Made by a program: the position numbers and the translations under genes
The notes under the pieces: generated by a model
Databases searched by the model: none
Seen by the model: only the letters and a program-made list of their open reading frames with translations
Told to the model about the DNA's origin: nothing
IMG/VR virus record: IMGVR_UViG_3300026478_000749
Location: 1-64,000 of that record
Direction: 5' to 3' (one strand)
Source: a virus
DNA: 64,000 bases
Shown: piece by piece, positions 8,908 to 19,827 of the stretch
Numbering within the stretch: position 1 is the stretch's first letter
Layout of the letters: the number at the start of each line of letters is the position of its first letter

Positions 8908-10887
8908 ATGGCAGGATTAAAAATTTCCGAATTATCTAGTTCACTAGCACCAAGTTTAACGGGTGTTACCCCGGTTGTATTGGGTAGTACAACATATAAA
9001 TCTACACTTCAAAGTCTTAGACAAGTTCTTGTTGATAGTGGTTCGCACGTCTTCACTGGAAGTCAAGTTATTAAAGGTGACTTAACAATAAGTGGTTCTA
9101 TAACCGCACAACAATATATTTTAAGTTCGTCAATAACAAACATCACTACAGAAACAATTAGTGGGTCGTCAAATTTTGGTAATAGTATTGATGATAAACA
9201 TACTTTTACTGGGTCCTTATTTGTGTCTGGGGCAGTTATGTCTGAAGGCATATGGGATAAAGGAAACTTATACGTTTCAGGTTCTGCAATTATTGGAATT
9301 GACACGATTATTAGTGGGTCAAACTCACCAAAACTTCACGTAAGGAATTCTGGTAGTCTTAATATCGCACATTTTGAGGGTTATAATGATTATTATGCTC
9401 AAGTTTACATTACGAATACTAATTCTGGAAGTTTAGCCAGTTCTGATTTGGTTTTAACTGCAGATAATGGAAATGAAACTGTTCACTTTGTTGATTTGGG
9501 TATTAACTCAAGCACATATAATGGTGGATATGTTGGATATGAAAACGACGCATATCTTTTAAATGTTGGTAAAGATTTATATATTGGTACTGTTGGTGGA
9601 ACAAACCACCCAGCTGAATTAAAACTATTTGCAAATAATAGTTGGGAAAACCCACAAATTATTATTCATACAGGAAGCCAGGTTACCTTTAATACTGGTT
9701 CTTTTTCTGATGGTTACACATATGAGTTCAGCGGAAGTATTAAATTACAAAATGAATTAAGTGTTGATGGTTCTGTTACTGCTTCCTATTTTGTTGGTGA
9801 CGGTAGTCATTTAACAAATTTGCCCGTTCAAACAACGAATGTTTCAATGTTCTTGTCATCGAGTACATTTAATACATTTACATCATCATACAGCACTACA
9901 AGCGCATCTTTTGATTCTAGAATTATAGCGGCAACAAACGAACAAGATCTATCATATTTCGCAACGACAGGGTCAAATATATTTGTTGGGAACCAAATTA
10001 TTAGTGGTAGTAAATATTTGGCAGTAGATACAATACAAAATTTAAGTGGTAGTATAAACTTAATAACCGACGGTGACACCGTACAAATTTTAGGAAGTAA
10101 TTTATCTGTTGTAAATGGTGGTATATTAACAAATTTTAATGTTTCAGCATCTTCATTAACTGGATCTATTGATTACTCTAATCTAACAAATGTACCAAAT
10201 CCAACACTAATTAGTAGTGGGCCAACAGCACCTGGTAGTGCGGTTGTTGCTAATGATACAGATGTTGATATTAATTATTCAGGGTATGGAACTAGATGGA
10301 CTTTTACAGTAACTGGTTTAACTTTTCCTGATTCAACAATTCAAACAACAGCGTTCACTGGATTCACAGCAGGATTAGTATCAGGTAGCTCTCAAATACA
10401 ATATAGTGGATTAACAGGAATACCTTCAGGACTAGTATCTGGTAGTTCACAAATAAGTGGTTTGGGGTATGCAATAACCGGTTCAAATACATTTAATGGT
10501 AACCAAACAATCAATGGTTCATTAATTATTGAAGGTGTTAGCGAGGTTATTACAGTTGATGGCGGATTTAATGGAAATAGAACATTTGATTATACATCGG
10601 GATCAATATTCTACTTAACAGGTTTAACGGGAAATGGTGTATGGAATGTTAATAATGTGCCAACCACAAACAATAGAACATTAACACTTACATATGTTAT
10701 CGAACAAGGTGTAACACCATATAGTGGTTCACAATATCAAATAAACGGTTCAAACGTAACAATTAAATGGGTTGATAACACAATACCAACGGGTAGTGCA
10801 AACAATACAGAAGTAATTGGCTTAACCGCATTTAGAGTTGGTTCATCTTGGAATGTTATCGGCTCATTATCAACATTTGGTGTATAA
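8908..10887 (+). CDS. tail fibre / receptor-binding-like protein
   Basis: Starts MAGLKISEL; many G-S/T beta repeats (TGSQVIKGDLTISGS, TGSNTFNGNQTINGS). Confidence 0.7.
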   Translation: MAGLKISELSSSLAPSLTGVTPVVLGSTTYKSTLQSLRQVLVDSGSHVFTGSQVIKGDLTISGSITAQQYILSSSITNITTETISGSSNFGNSIDDKHTFTGSLFVSGAVMSEGIWDKGNLYVSGSAIIGIDTIISGSNSPKLHVRNSGSLNIAHFEGYNDYYAQVYITNTNSGSLASSDLVLTADNGNETVHFVDLGINSSTYNGGYVGYENDAYLLNVGKDLYIGTVGGTNHPAELKLFANNSWENPQIIIHTGSQVTFNTGSFSDGYTYEFSGSIKLQNELSVDGSVTASYFVGDGSHLTNLPVQTTNVSMFLSSSTFNTFTSSYSTTSASFDSRIIAATNEQDLSYFATTGSNIFVGNQIISGSKYLAVDTIQNLSGSINLITDGDTVQILGSNLSVVNGGILTNFNVSASSLTGSIDYSNLTNVPNPTLISSGPTAPGSAVVANDTDVDINYSGYGTRWTFTVTGLTFPDSTIQTTAFTGFTAGLVSGSSQIQYSGLTGIPSGLVSGSSQISGLGYAITGSNTFNGNQTINGSLIIEGVSEVITVDGGFNGNRTFDYTSGSIFYLTGLTGNGVWNVNNVPTTNNRTLTLTYVIEQGVTPYSGSQYQINGSNVTIKWVDNTIPTGSANNTEVIGLTAFRVGSSWNVIGSLSTFGV

Positions 10888-11564
10888 TGATTAATAGATT
10901 ATCGTCTCGTAGTGGTTCAAGTAATAGATTTGGTAAAAAAAAATTACCTAAAGTAAATCAAATTATACAAGAATTTGATTATCCTAATTTCGCATCAACA
11001 TCGGGCCTTACTTATTTGGGTAATGTTTCCGTTACATCAAATATTCTTTATTTAACAAGCGCACTAAACAACAGAATTGGTAATGTATATAGAACAAGTG
11101 CAATTAAATATAATAGAAACTTTTCTGTAAATTGGTCAACATTTATTGGCGGTGGGACGGGTGCAGATGGATTTTGTTTACAATGGACTTCAACCAATAA
11201 TACAAATGGTTCTACGGGCGGTGGGGTCGGTTTAGTTAATTCGGTTAATACAATAAATGCCATTACATTTTTAACTTGGTCTAATAATAGTTATAATTGG
11301 TATAAAAATATGTCAATTCAATCCAATAATTCAGTTTCTTCAGGATTTTGGAGACAAACATTATATTTTTGGGGTGATTATAACCATTCTACACAAACTT
11401 TCTCACTTTATTGGAATACAACAAATACTAAGCCCGGTTCACCAAATAAAATATTTACAGGTTTTTCATTTGACAATGGTTCCTATTATATAGGATTTGG
11501 TGCTGCGACAGGAGGTGGAAACGATAATCATCAATTACTAAGTTGGGGTTTGATTTTTAATTAA
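10887..11564 (+). CDS. legume (L-type) lectin-domain protein
   Basis: GGTGADGFCLQW and YIGFGAATGGGNDNHQLLSW motifs; ATG at 10887 overlaps the upstream TAA (TAATG). Confidence 0.8.
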   Translation: MINRLSSRSGSSNRFGKKKLPKVNQIIQEFDYPNFASTSGLTYLGNVSVTSNILYLTSALNNRIGNVYRTSAIKYNRNFSVNWSTFIGGGTGADGFCLQWTSTNNTNGSTGGGVGLVNSVNTINAITFLTWSNNSYNWYKNMSIQSNNSVSSGFWRQTLYFWGDYNHSTQTFSLYWNTTNTKPGSPNKIFTGFSFDNGSYYIGFGAATGGGNDNHQLLSWGLIFN

Positions 11565-11599
11565 AAAACAAAATATAGACAGTAAACTATTTATAAAAT

Positions 11600-11968
11600 A
11601 TGGAATTTTTTATCAGACAGGGGGCAAGTGACCCAATTTTAAAACTTAGATTGATTGATGATGGTAAAAATGACAAATCATCATTTAATGATTTATTGGA
11701 AAATTCCGATATTACTTTTGAAATGTACGATTATAAAACCGAAGAACCTATAATTCTTAACGGAACAGCTCTGATCACAACCAGAACAAAAAAATATAAT
11801 CAAACAACCGATGAATATTATATAACATACAGATTTACAGAGGTTCAAACTGTAAAACCTGGTAAGTATGAAGGTAAATTTATTGTTCAATTTTTAGATA
11901 CTAATTCTAATCCAACCACAAAACTCATATTACCAGTAAAAGAAAAATTATTCATTAACATCATTTAA
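11600..11968 (+). CDS. BppU-N-like baseplate/fibre adaptor
   Basis: FFIRQGASDPILKLRL...ITFEM...YRF...T..PGKYEGKFIVQF pattern. Confidence 0.55.
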   Translation: MEFFIRQGASDPILKLRLIDDGKNDKSSFNDLLENSDITFEMYDYKTEEPIILNGTALITTRTKKYNQTTDEYYITYRFTEVQTVKPGKYEGKFIVQFLDTNSNPTTKLILPVKEKLFINII

Positions 11969-12059
11969 TTTTTTTTTATCCATAATTTTATGTATATTTA
12001 CAGGGTAAAGGCAAATTACGGTTTCCCCGTAAGCTAATGTGTCACCCAAAAAATAAAAT

Positions 12060-14966
12060 ATGCAAGAGATTATATCTCAAGAAGTTATCGAGAGCTTCTT
12101 GAACGGTTCTGACCCGGAAAGCTACATTGTTGGTGTTGAGTATGATTACATGGCCAACAAAATTTACAAAATTATACAAGACCCCATAAGAGGAAAATAC
12201 GTCACTGAAGACACCTTCATACCATTTCTTTGGGCGGGTGATTTAAGTGAGTTCAATTTCTATGGAGGTAGTAAAGCCCTTCAAAAAAAGAAAATGGGTG
12301 AGTATGGTATTTTAAGCACCAAACTTCAAACTGGCGAAAATGAAAGATTGGAAGCCGGCTTAAAGTACATGGTTAAAAGTACCAAGGGTTACCAAGAACT
12401 TATTAAATTTTTTAAAGATGGTGGTATTGATCCTTGGGGAGAAAATTTCAAATCTCAGTTTATTATTTTAACGCCGGTAGAACAATACCTTATTCAAAAG
12501 AAAAAAAGATTATTCAAAGGTATTGAAGATTATAATGAAGTTCATAGAATGGTATTCGATATTGAGACAACGGGTCTTGATCCGTTGAATGATAAAATCA
12601 TTTTAATTGGAATCAAAGATAATCGCGGTTATAGAAAACTATTGGATGCATATGGTGAAGATGGTGAGAAAAAATGTATCGAAGAATTTTTCAAAATTAT
12701 AAAAGACCTTAAACCAACGATTATTAGTGGTTACAATTCTGCAGCATTTGACTTACCATTCATAATGAAAAGAGCAGAGTTACTTGGTGTGGATATCAAA
12801 AAAGCTACTCAAATTTTTACAAAAAGTGGTATCAAAACAAAAGAAGGTGTTTTAAAATTAGCAAACGAAGTTGAGCCATATACACAATATGTTTTATGGG
12901 GATTCAGCATGGTTGATATTGCACACTCTGTTCGTAGAGCACAAGCGATTAATTCTGAAATTAAATCTTGGGGATTAAAGTATATCACAAAGTATCTAGA
13001 AAAAGAAAAACCAAATCGTGTGTACGTTGATGGTGCTTTCATTTCTAAAATTTATTTGGATAACGAAAGTTATTACATAAACCCTAAGACAGGAAAATAT
13101 AAAAAAATTGGCGAGCCGGGAACAGATGGTTTATTAGAAAAATACCCTGGTAAATATGAAGTTTGGCCGGGTAGAAAAATTGTAGAACAATATCTTGACG
13201 ATGACTTGTATGAAACAATGATTGTTGATGATTCATTTAGTCAATCTACGTTTTTACTTTCTAAAGTGATCCCAACAACATACGAAAGGATCGCAACAAT
13301 GGGTACAGCAACTCTTTGGAAAATTCTAATGTTAGCTTGGTCTTATGAAAATGATTTAGCTGTACCACTTAAAGATGAGAAGAGAAGTATCACTGGTGGT
13401 TTATCAAGATTATTGACAGTTGGTTACTCAAAGAACATTGTTAAGTTTGACTATGCATCACTTTACCCGTCAATTCAACTTGTGTACGATGTATTTCCGG
13501 ATTGTGATATTATGGGTGTACAGAAATCAATGTTAAAGTATTTTCGTAACATTCGTATTTTATACAAAAGATTAGCCGCGGAATTAAAAGATAAAGATCC
13601 GGTACAAGCTGAGATGTATGATAGAAAGCAGTTACCAATTAAAATTTTTATCAACGCGTATTTTGGATCGTTGTCAGCACCACAGGTATTTCCATGGGGA
13701 GATATGAATATGGGTGAGATGATTACCTGTACTGGTCGTCAGTGTTTAAGAATGATGATTATGTTCTTTATGAAAAAAGGATATAAACCTCTTGTAATGG
13801 ATACTGATGGTGTTAACTTTGAAACACCTGAAACTATTAACGAGCACAAATATATTGGTAAGGGTAATAACGAATTAGTTGAGGCTGGTAAGGAATATAG
13901 TGGTGTTGAGGCAGACACTGCAGAATTCAATGATTTGTTTATGAGAAATGAAATGGGCTTGGACATTGACTATATGGCGCCGGCTTGTATTAATGTTTCT
14001 CGTAAAAATTATATTATTAAGCTTATCAAGAAAGGTAAAGAAAAAATAAAACTAACTGGAAATACAATTAAATCTAAAAAGCTTCAGCAATATGTTGTTG
14101 AGTTTTTAGATCAAGGATTAGTTCATTTACTTAATGGTGACGGTGTTGAATTTTTAAACTTGTACTATGAAACAATTGAAAAAATTTATAACAAGCAAAT
14201 ACCATTAACAAAAATTGCAAATAAGGCGCGTGTTAAACAAAGTGTAGAAGATTATAAAAAGCATTGTAAAAAAGTAACTAAATCTGGTGCTGCAATGTCA
14301 AGACAAGCTCACATGGAATTGGTTCTTGAAAACAATTATCCAGCAACTTTGGGTGAAACAATTTACTATGTTAATAATGGTACTAAAAAAGGCGATGGGG
14401 ATGTTCAAAAATTAACAAAGCCAACAAAAAAACAACAAGAGGAATATTTTGCAAAACATGGCAAACCTCTACCAGCTGATTATATTCAAATTAATTGTTA
14501 CATGATTACGGAACGTGATTTGGTTAACAATCCTGATATGACAGGTGATTATAATTCTGCGAGGTATATCAGTATCTTTAATAAAAGAGTTGAGCCGTTG
14601 TTAGTTGTTTTTAAACCAGAGATTAGAGAAGATATATTAATAGATGACCCATCAAAGCGAATCTTCTTTACAAAAAAACAATGTGAATTGGTTTCAGGAT
14701 ATCCATTAAAAACAGAAGGTCAAGATAGTCTAGATGAAGTAATGACATTATCTGATGGCGAAGTTATGTTCTGGAATAGAATTAACAAAGACCCGTTTTT
14801 TATGTATGTTGAGGACAGCTTAAAACATGTTGATCAGAAGTGGATAGAATACAATAGAAAGGTTGTTTCTTTCCAGGCTGAAAGTATCAAAGAGAAGCAC
14901 GAGGAGGATGAAATGATCGAAAGAAACTCTCACGATTATGCATTACATGCTGCTATACCAGATTAA
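12060..14966 (+). CDS. polB: family B DNA polymerase
   Basis: ExoI FDIETTG, ExoII GYNSAAFDLPFI, motif A FDYASLYPSI, motif B KIFINAYFG, motif C DTDG. Confidence 0.95.
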   Translation: MQEIISQEVIESFLNGSDPESYIVGVEYDYMANKIYKIIQDPIRGKYVTEDTFIPFLWAGDLSEFNFYGGSKALQKKKMGEYGILSTKLQTGENERLEAGLKYMVKSTKGYQELIKFFKDGGIDPWGENFKSQFIILTPVEQYLIQKKKRLFKGIEDYNEVHRMVFDIETTGLDPLNDKIILIGIKDNRGYRKLLDAYGEDGEKKCIEEFFKIIKDLKPTIISGYNSAAFDLPFIMKRAELLGVDIKKATQIFTKSGIKTKEGVLKLANEVEPYTQYVLWGFSMVDIAHSVRRAQAINSEIKSWGLKYITKYLEKEKPNRVYVDGAFISKIYLDNESYYINPKTGKYKKIGEPGTDGLLEKYPGKYEVWPGRKIVEQYLDDDLYETMIVDDSFSQSTFLLSKVIPTTYERIATMGTATLWKILMLAWSYENDLAVPLKDEKRSITGGLSRLLTVGYSKNIVKFDYASLYPSIQLVYDVFPDCDIMGVQKSMLKYFRNIRILYKRLAAELKDKDPVQAEMYDRKQLPIKIFINAYFGSLSAPQVFPWGDMNMGEMITCTGRQCLRMMIMFFMKKGYKPLVMDTDGVNFETPETINEHKYIGKGNNELVEAGKEYSGVEADTAEFNDLFMRNEMGLDIDYMAPACINVSRKNYIIKLIKKGKEKIKLTGNTIKSKKLQQYVVEFLDQGLVHLLNGDGVEFLNLYYETIEKIYNKQIPLTKIANKARVKQSVEDYKKHCKKVTKSGAAMSRQAHMELVLENNYPATLGETIYYVNNGTKKGDGDVQKLTKPTKKQQEEYFAKHGKPLPADYIQINCYMITERDLVNNPDMTGDYNSARYISIFNKRVEPLLVVFKPEIREDILIDDPSKRIFFTKKQCELVSGYPLKTEGQDSLDEVMTLSDGEVMFWNRINKDPFFMYVEDSLKHVDQKWIEYNRKVVSFQAESIKEKHEEDEMIERNSHDYALHAAIPD

Positions 14967-16078
14967 ATAACGTTAAATGGATTTGTCATAGGTCTGAACT
15001 TGAGGGCCTTATTAAGGTTCTCAGCTTCATTGCCTTTTCTTTCAAGCATTTTGTCTGGACGAAGTCTTTCAAGTCTTAACATCAATTCTTCATTTAGCTT
15101 AAGTCTCTCATCTTTAGCTTCTGTAAGAAGAGATGTGTAGTCTAATTTAACATCGCTATCTGGTACTTTTAAATCGCCAGAGAATTTACCATAGATTCTA
15201 CCTAACGCTTCTTTGCAATAAGTCATTAGATATTTTCTAACCCAGTTTTGCGCCGGTCTATTTAATTCGTCCCATTGAAGTTGATCCATCACAACGTCTG
15301 ATGGCAATCTAACTACATCTTTATTTTCTTTTAAACAGGTGTCTCTATCGAAAGTATCATAATACCAATACCAAACTTTAATATTATTGTTTTGTATCGA
15401 ACCAAAATCATATTTACCGCCTGGTACGTTCATTAAGTGTACATATTTTATACCATTTGGTCCAGCTGTTATTCTATATGTTAAATCCCCGCCAATTAAA
15501 CGGTTTTTTATATTTCTATCTTGCATTCTTAATAACAAATCAAATGCTGGCAATAAGAAGTAAGACCCTGAAGCGCCAACTTGGGCAAAACCACCCACAC
15601 CACCAAAACCAACACCACCAAGACCACCAAAACCACCTAAGAATGGGTCAACAATTGAATCAGTTAGCTCAGCTCTTGAAAACCAAAGTAATTCATTTAT
15701 TTCTCTTCCGGCTGGTATTTCATAAATTTGTTTATTGCGCTCTAGGGTTATATAATCTTTTTTTAATTCCCACGGCCCCCCTGCTTGTAGACCAACGATT
15801 TTCGAGTAAGAATAGGTATATTGAGTTTCGTAATTAATATCTCTAGTAGTAAAAGCTTTTGTTAAAGATTGTGTGTCTACATCTAATCCAGCTAACGCTG
15901 ACCATTGAGATTCGATAAGCCAATCATTAACTAGTTGCTCATATTCACTTACAGATATTTCAAGGAACGAGTCCATTTGCTCTTCTGTTAATTCAACACC
16001 TCTAACTGGCATACCCAAAAGGTGTAATATCTGACTATAAAGTTTTTCTTTTTCTGGTGCGCTTATAACAGTACTCAT
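14963..16078 (-). CDS. neck/head-completion protein (T4 gp13-like)
   Basis: LGMPVRGVELTEEQM N-terminus and WVRKY...KEALGRIYGKF C-terminal region typical of gp13-like adaptors. Confidence 0.75.
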   Translation of the reverse strand: MSTVISAPEKEKLYSQILHLLGMPVRGVELTEEQMDSFLEISVSEYEQLVNDWLIESQWSALAGLDVDTQSLTKAFTTRDINYETQYTYSYSKIVGLQAGGPWELKKDYITLERNKQIYEIPAGREINELLWFSRAELTDSIVDPFLGGFGGLGGVGFGGVGGFAQVGASGSYFLLPAFDLLLRMQDRNIKNRLIGGDLTYRITAGPNGIKYVHLMNVPGGKYDFGSIQNNNIKVWYWYYDTFDRDTCLKENKDVVRLPSDVVMDQLQWDELNRPAQNWVRKYLMTYCKEALGRIYGKFSGDLKVPDSDVKLDYTSLLTEAKDERLKLNEELMLRLERLRPDKMLERKGNEAENLNKALKFRPMTNPFNVI

Positions 16079-16119
16079 TAAAATAGCTTTTACTAATAAA
16101 TACCAGATTATAAATAAAA

Positions 16120-17871
16120 CTATAATAAGTTCTTAAGTAATTCGCTAGCAAACGTATCTCCATATTCGCCATCACCCATTACTTGGTCAATAATATTCTT
16201 CTTTTTCTGAAGTATGTTGTACACTTGGATTTCAATCGTGTTGTCGAACACTGGATAATAAACTAAAACGCTTTTAGTTTGTCCATGTCTATAAGCCCTA
16301 TCCTCGGCTTGTGAATGGTGGGCAGGTACAAATGACAGATCGTTCATTATAACCCCCTCAGCCGCCGTTAAAGTAATCCCTACACCACCTGCAACTATGT
16401 TGGAGATAAAGACTTTTATTTTATCATTTGTTTGAAATTTATCAACACTTTCTTGTCTTTTATCTTTACTCATTCTACCATCTAAAATTACAGAGTTCTT
16501 TTTGTATTTTTCATGTAACGCGTCTAGGCTTGCAGTAAAATTTGTAAACACAATGACTTTTTTATTTTGCTCAATAAACTTATCAATCAATTCACAAGTG
16601 TATGGTATTTTTTCCATGGCAATTAATTGTCTAATATTCATTAAACGATTAAGTGTTACCGATATACTTTCTTTTTGTTTGTTTTCAGAAGATATTCTTA
16701 TAAAGTCTTCTAATTCATTATCATAAAATTTACTTTGAAGCTCTAGATAAACAGGGGTAATTATCTTTTCTGGTAAATCCAAGATGTCAGTCTTCATTCT
16801 TCTTAAAACAAGATTTTTAGTCTTTTCCCTTAATTCATCTAGATTGGATGCTCCGCTAGTATTCCAAACTTTTCTATTCCCAACTCTAAATTGATATCCG
16901 GCGCAATATCTTCTAACATAACTCTGCCAGTTAAGAGCCAATGGTGATTCAACAATTTTTAATAAGTTATAATAGTTAATAGGTCTAGAGGTCATTGGTG
17001 TACCTGTTAGTAACCAAACTTTAGGAATTATACCTAATATATCGTTTAACAATTTTGTTCTTTGTGCAGTAGCATTTGAAATATAATGTGCTTCATCTAC
17101 AATAGCTAAATCAAAACCATTATTTGCTATTAACTTATACGCTTCGCTATCTTCACTTTTATCTGTTGTGTGAAAGTTTTTAAGGATATCATAATTGATA
17201 ATGTAGAAATCAAAAGTGGAACCCCACTTTCTACCTTCAATTACTAATATCCTTCTGTCAGTATAATTTTTTATCTCCCTTTCCCAGTTTATTTTTAATG
17301 TTGCTGGACAAACGATTAAGATTTTTTTAGCCCCACTTTCTAAAGCAGCAATAACCGCTGCGGTAGTTTTACCAAGCCCCATATCATCAGCAAGAATGAA
17401 CTTATCGTTTGCTAATAACTTTTCAATGGCTTCTTTTTGGTGGTCCATTGGAGGTCTATTGTCATATGGGCTATAATCAATAGTTCTATTTAATTTTTTC
17501 TCTTCCGGTATAATAGCAATTTTAGGAACCCAAAAAGCGTGAAGTATATCACCGTCTACAACCTTACCCCATATATGATACGCTTTATCTGTTTCACATA
17601 ATAATTTTTCAACCCATATTTGTTCGGGGGCAACAGGTAACAATCTATCTTCTCTCATTTTTTCAGCAAAAGAAGAAAAGACCTTAACCCATTTCCTAGC
17701 AACCTTAGGTATTACTTTTTCATATTTTATAACATAATCTGCTTGAGGTCTACTCAAGGAATAGTTTTTAAGTTCTAAAACTTTTCTTTTTAAATCTAAA
17801 AGATGGTTGTTAGAACCCGCATATGAAAAAAGTATCTCTCTCGCTACAATTTCTGGTATTTTAGTTTCCAT
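16120..17871 (-). CDS. SNF2-family (SMARCAL1/HARP-like) helicase
   Basis: LADDMGLGKT, VDEAH, LTGTP, GVGITLT, QAEDRAYRHGQ. Confidence 0.92.
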   Translation of the reverse strand: METKIPEIVAREILFSYAGSNNHLLDLKRKVLELKNYSLSRPQADYVIKYEKVIPKVARKWVKVFSSFAEKMREDRLLPVAPEQIWVEKLLCETDKAYHIWGKVVDGDILHAFWVPKIAIIPEEKKLNRTIDYSPYDNRPPMDHQKEAIEKLLANDKFILADDMGLGKTTAAVIAALESGAKKILIVCPATLKINWEREIKNYTDRRILVIEGRKWGSTFDFYIINYDILKNFHTTDKSEDSEAYKLIANNGFDLAIVDEAHYISNATAQRTKLLNDILGIIPKVWLLTGTPMTSRPINYYNLLKIVESPLALNWQSYVRRYCAGYQFRVGNRKVWNTSGASNLDELREKTKNLVLRRMKTDILDLPEKIITPVYLELQSKFYDNELEDFIRISSENKQKESISVTLNRLMNIRQLIAMEKIPYTCELIDKFIEQNKKVIVFTNFTASLDALHEKYKKNSVILDGRMSKDKRQESVDKFQTNDKIKVFISNIVAGGVGITLTAAEGVIMNDLSFVPAHHSQAEDRAYRHGQTKSVLVYYPVFDNTIEIQVYNILQKKKNIIDQVMGDGEYGDTFASELLKNLL

Positions 17872-17922
17872 ACAGTATATAATATAAGTAATTCTAAATA
17901 CTTTATAAACTATTTATAGGGT

Positions 17923-18435
17923 ATGAGCAATAAACTACCCATAACTAGATTAAGTAAATTCTTTTCAGAAGAAGACTTTAATTTACAAGTTCAAATAGGT
18001 CAAGAATACCTACATGGTGATTTAAATCAAAAACTTGTCCTTTATAGAGTCGATAGACAGAAAACAGATAAGGACGATGTTTACGGGGAAGTTGGGCAGG
18101 ACGAGATAAAATATTTCCCACCTATAGAATTTAATGCACTTGTTAAAGTTGAGGCACCCAAAAACTCAAGTTATAAAGGTGGTATGTTAAGATACCTAGA
18201 ACCAGGTAATCTAATATTGTCTGTTTACATTAGACATTTAGAGGAACTTGGTGTGGATATAAAATATGGTGATTATATTGGTTATCCAGAATCGGAAAAT
18301 AAAATAAGATATTATACTGTAACTAATGATGGTAAGGTCACTTCGGATAACTCACATCATTTATTTGGTTATAAACCATATTACAGAACTATTACTTGTG
18401 CTATAGCACAAGATCAAGAATTTAGAGGAGTATAA
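17923..18435 (+). CDS. head closure/neck protein (gp14-like)
   Basis: Size and DDVYGE motif; position between gp13-like and tail-terminator genes. Confidence 0.55.
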   Translation: MSNKLPITRLSKFFSEEDFNLQVQIGQEYLHGDLNQKLVLYRVDRQKTDKDDVYGEVGQDEIKYFPPIEFNALVKVEAPKNSSYKGGMLRYLEPGNLILSVYIRHLEELGVDIKYGDYIGYPESENKIRYYTVTNDGKVTSDNSHHLFGYKPYYRTITCAIAQDQEFRGV

Positions 18436-18436
18436 A

Positions 18437-19672
18437 ATGGGAATACCTAAAAGAAAAACAGACATTCAGATTTACAAAGGTAAAATCTTAACAGAAAGAA
18501 GAGAAGAGTTATTAGACAAAATAACAAAATCAGATTCTTATCTCCCTGATTCTGTTTTACATGACGATTTGGATGCTGGTATGTTAGAATTCGTAAAAAA
18601 GAATTTTGTTGTTATATCTGATGGTAAGAAAATACCAGTAATTCCAAAAATCTTAACTATACAAAGATGGGCCCAAATTATGAACACTTGGGAGTTTTCA
18701 GATTCCGATGGTAACTTACAAGTACCGTTTGTTGGGGTAATTAGAAGACCGGACGTTCAGCCAGGCACAAACCCGTCAATTGTTAGGACAATACCTGAAA
18801 GGTTACAATTTCATTATGCGTCTGTTGCAACATGGAATGGTAATCAAATGGGGGCAGACATATATAAAATACCACAACCTGTTCCTGTTGACATCACTTT
18901 TGAGGTTACGATTGTATGTACAAAGCTTAGAGAATTAAATAGATTTAATAAAATTATACTTCAAAAGTTTGCTTCTAGACAAGCCTATACTATGGTTAAG
19001 GGACACTATATTCCAATTATTATGGATAAGGTGGAAGACAATTCGCCAATTGAACAGATAGATGGACGTAGATTCTATCTTCAGAATTATCAATTTACAA
19101 TGTTGGGATTCTTAATAGATCAAGAAGAATTTGAGGTTAAGCCGGCTGTTAGTAGATTTTTCTTAATGACTGAATTTGCTAAAAATACAAATTTCCAAAA
19201 GAAATATATTAATAAAAGAATTGATATTACCGTTGGTACCTTTATTGCAGATGGTATGCAAACCGCATTTAGCGTTGGTGAAAGTATTAGTATGTTGTTT
19301 AATGTTTCGATTAACGGTTTATTACAAGAAAGAGATGTTGATTTTTTTCACATAGCAGGTACATCTAAAATAACATTCGCATCACCACCTTTGGAGGGGA
19401 GTACTGTTACTATAACATATTTTAAAGGTAGAAATAGTGTTTTTGTCGATAGCTATGGTAAAACATTACAGGTAGCTACCGAATATTTTAACTATGACGG
19501 CAGTTCTTTAATTTTTACTTTAAATAACGCGATTGACAGTATTGTAAGTTTGGATATAAATGGTCTAGTTGAAGAAGAGGGTCAAGGCTTTGATGTTAGC
19601 TCCGCCACTCAGGTTAAATTGAATTTCTCACCCACATTGGGCTCTAAGATAGGGGTTACTTACGTATATTAA
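18437..19672 (+). CDS. tail terminator (gp15-like) with two C-terminal Ig-like repeats
   Basis: IPQPVPVDITFEVTI core; two C-terminal units DG....F.....NGL.Q/E......I.F..PP..GS.V.ITY. Confidence 0.65.
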   Translation: MGIPKRKTDIQIYKGKILTERREELLDKITKSDSYLPDSVLHDDLDAGMLEFVKKNFVVISDGKKIPVIPKILTIQRWAQIMNTWEFSDSDGNLQVPFVGVIRRPDVQPGTNPSIVRTIPERLQFHYASVATWNGNQMGADIYKIPQPVPVDITFEVTIVCTKLRELNRFNKIILQKFASRQAYTMVKGHYIPIIMDKVEDNSPIEQIDGRRFYLQNYQFTMLGFLIDQEEFEVKPAVSRFFLMTEFAKNTNFQKKYINKRIDITVGTFIADGMQTAFSVGESISMLFNVSINGLLQERDVDFFHIAGTSKITFASPPLEGSTVTITYFKGRNSVFVDSYGKTLQVATEYFNYDGSSLIFTLNNAIDSIVSLDINGLVEEEGQGFDVSSATQVKLNFSPTLGSKIGVTYVY

Positions 19673-19827
19673 TCCTCTCCGTAAATGTCAGTTTTTTTGG
19701 GTTTAACGATTTCTTCAATCATTTTTTCCAAAACTTTATAAATTTTTAAGCCTTTCTTATCACAATAGTTTTTTAACATTTCGTGGTGCTTTTCACTGAT
19801 TTTTACGTTTTTACTTTTCTTTTCCAT
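19669..19827 (-). CDS. 52-aa ribbon-helix-helix-like DNA-binding protein (not in ORF track)
   Basis: MEKKSKNVKISEKHHEMLKNYCDKKGLKIYKVLEKMIEEIVKPKKTDIYGED: beta strand KNVKIS followed by helix-G-helix. Confidence 0.7.
   Translation of the reverse strand: MEKKSKNVKISEKHHEMLKNYCDKKGLKIYKVLEKMIEEIVKPKKTDIYGED

Noticed and set aside
10848-10886. Longer start for the lectin ORF
   Set aside because: It overlaps the upstream gene; TAATG coupling at 10887 is more plausible
12003-12047. c-di-GMP-I riboswitch call
   Set aside because: Only the first few nucleotides resemble it; the GNRA loop and second stem are absent. Kept only as an unassigned leader structure.
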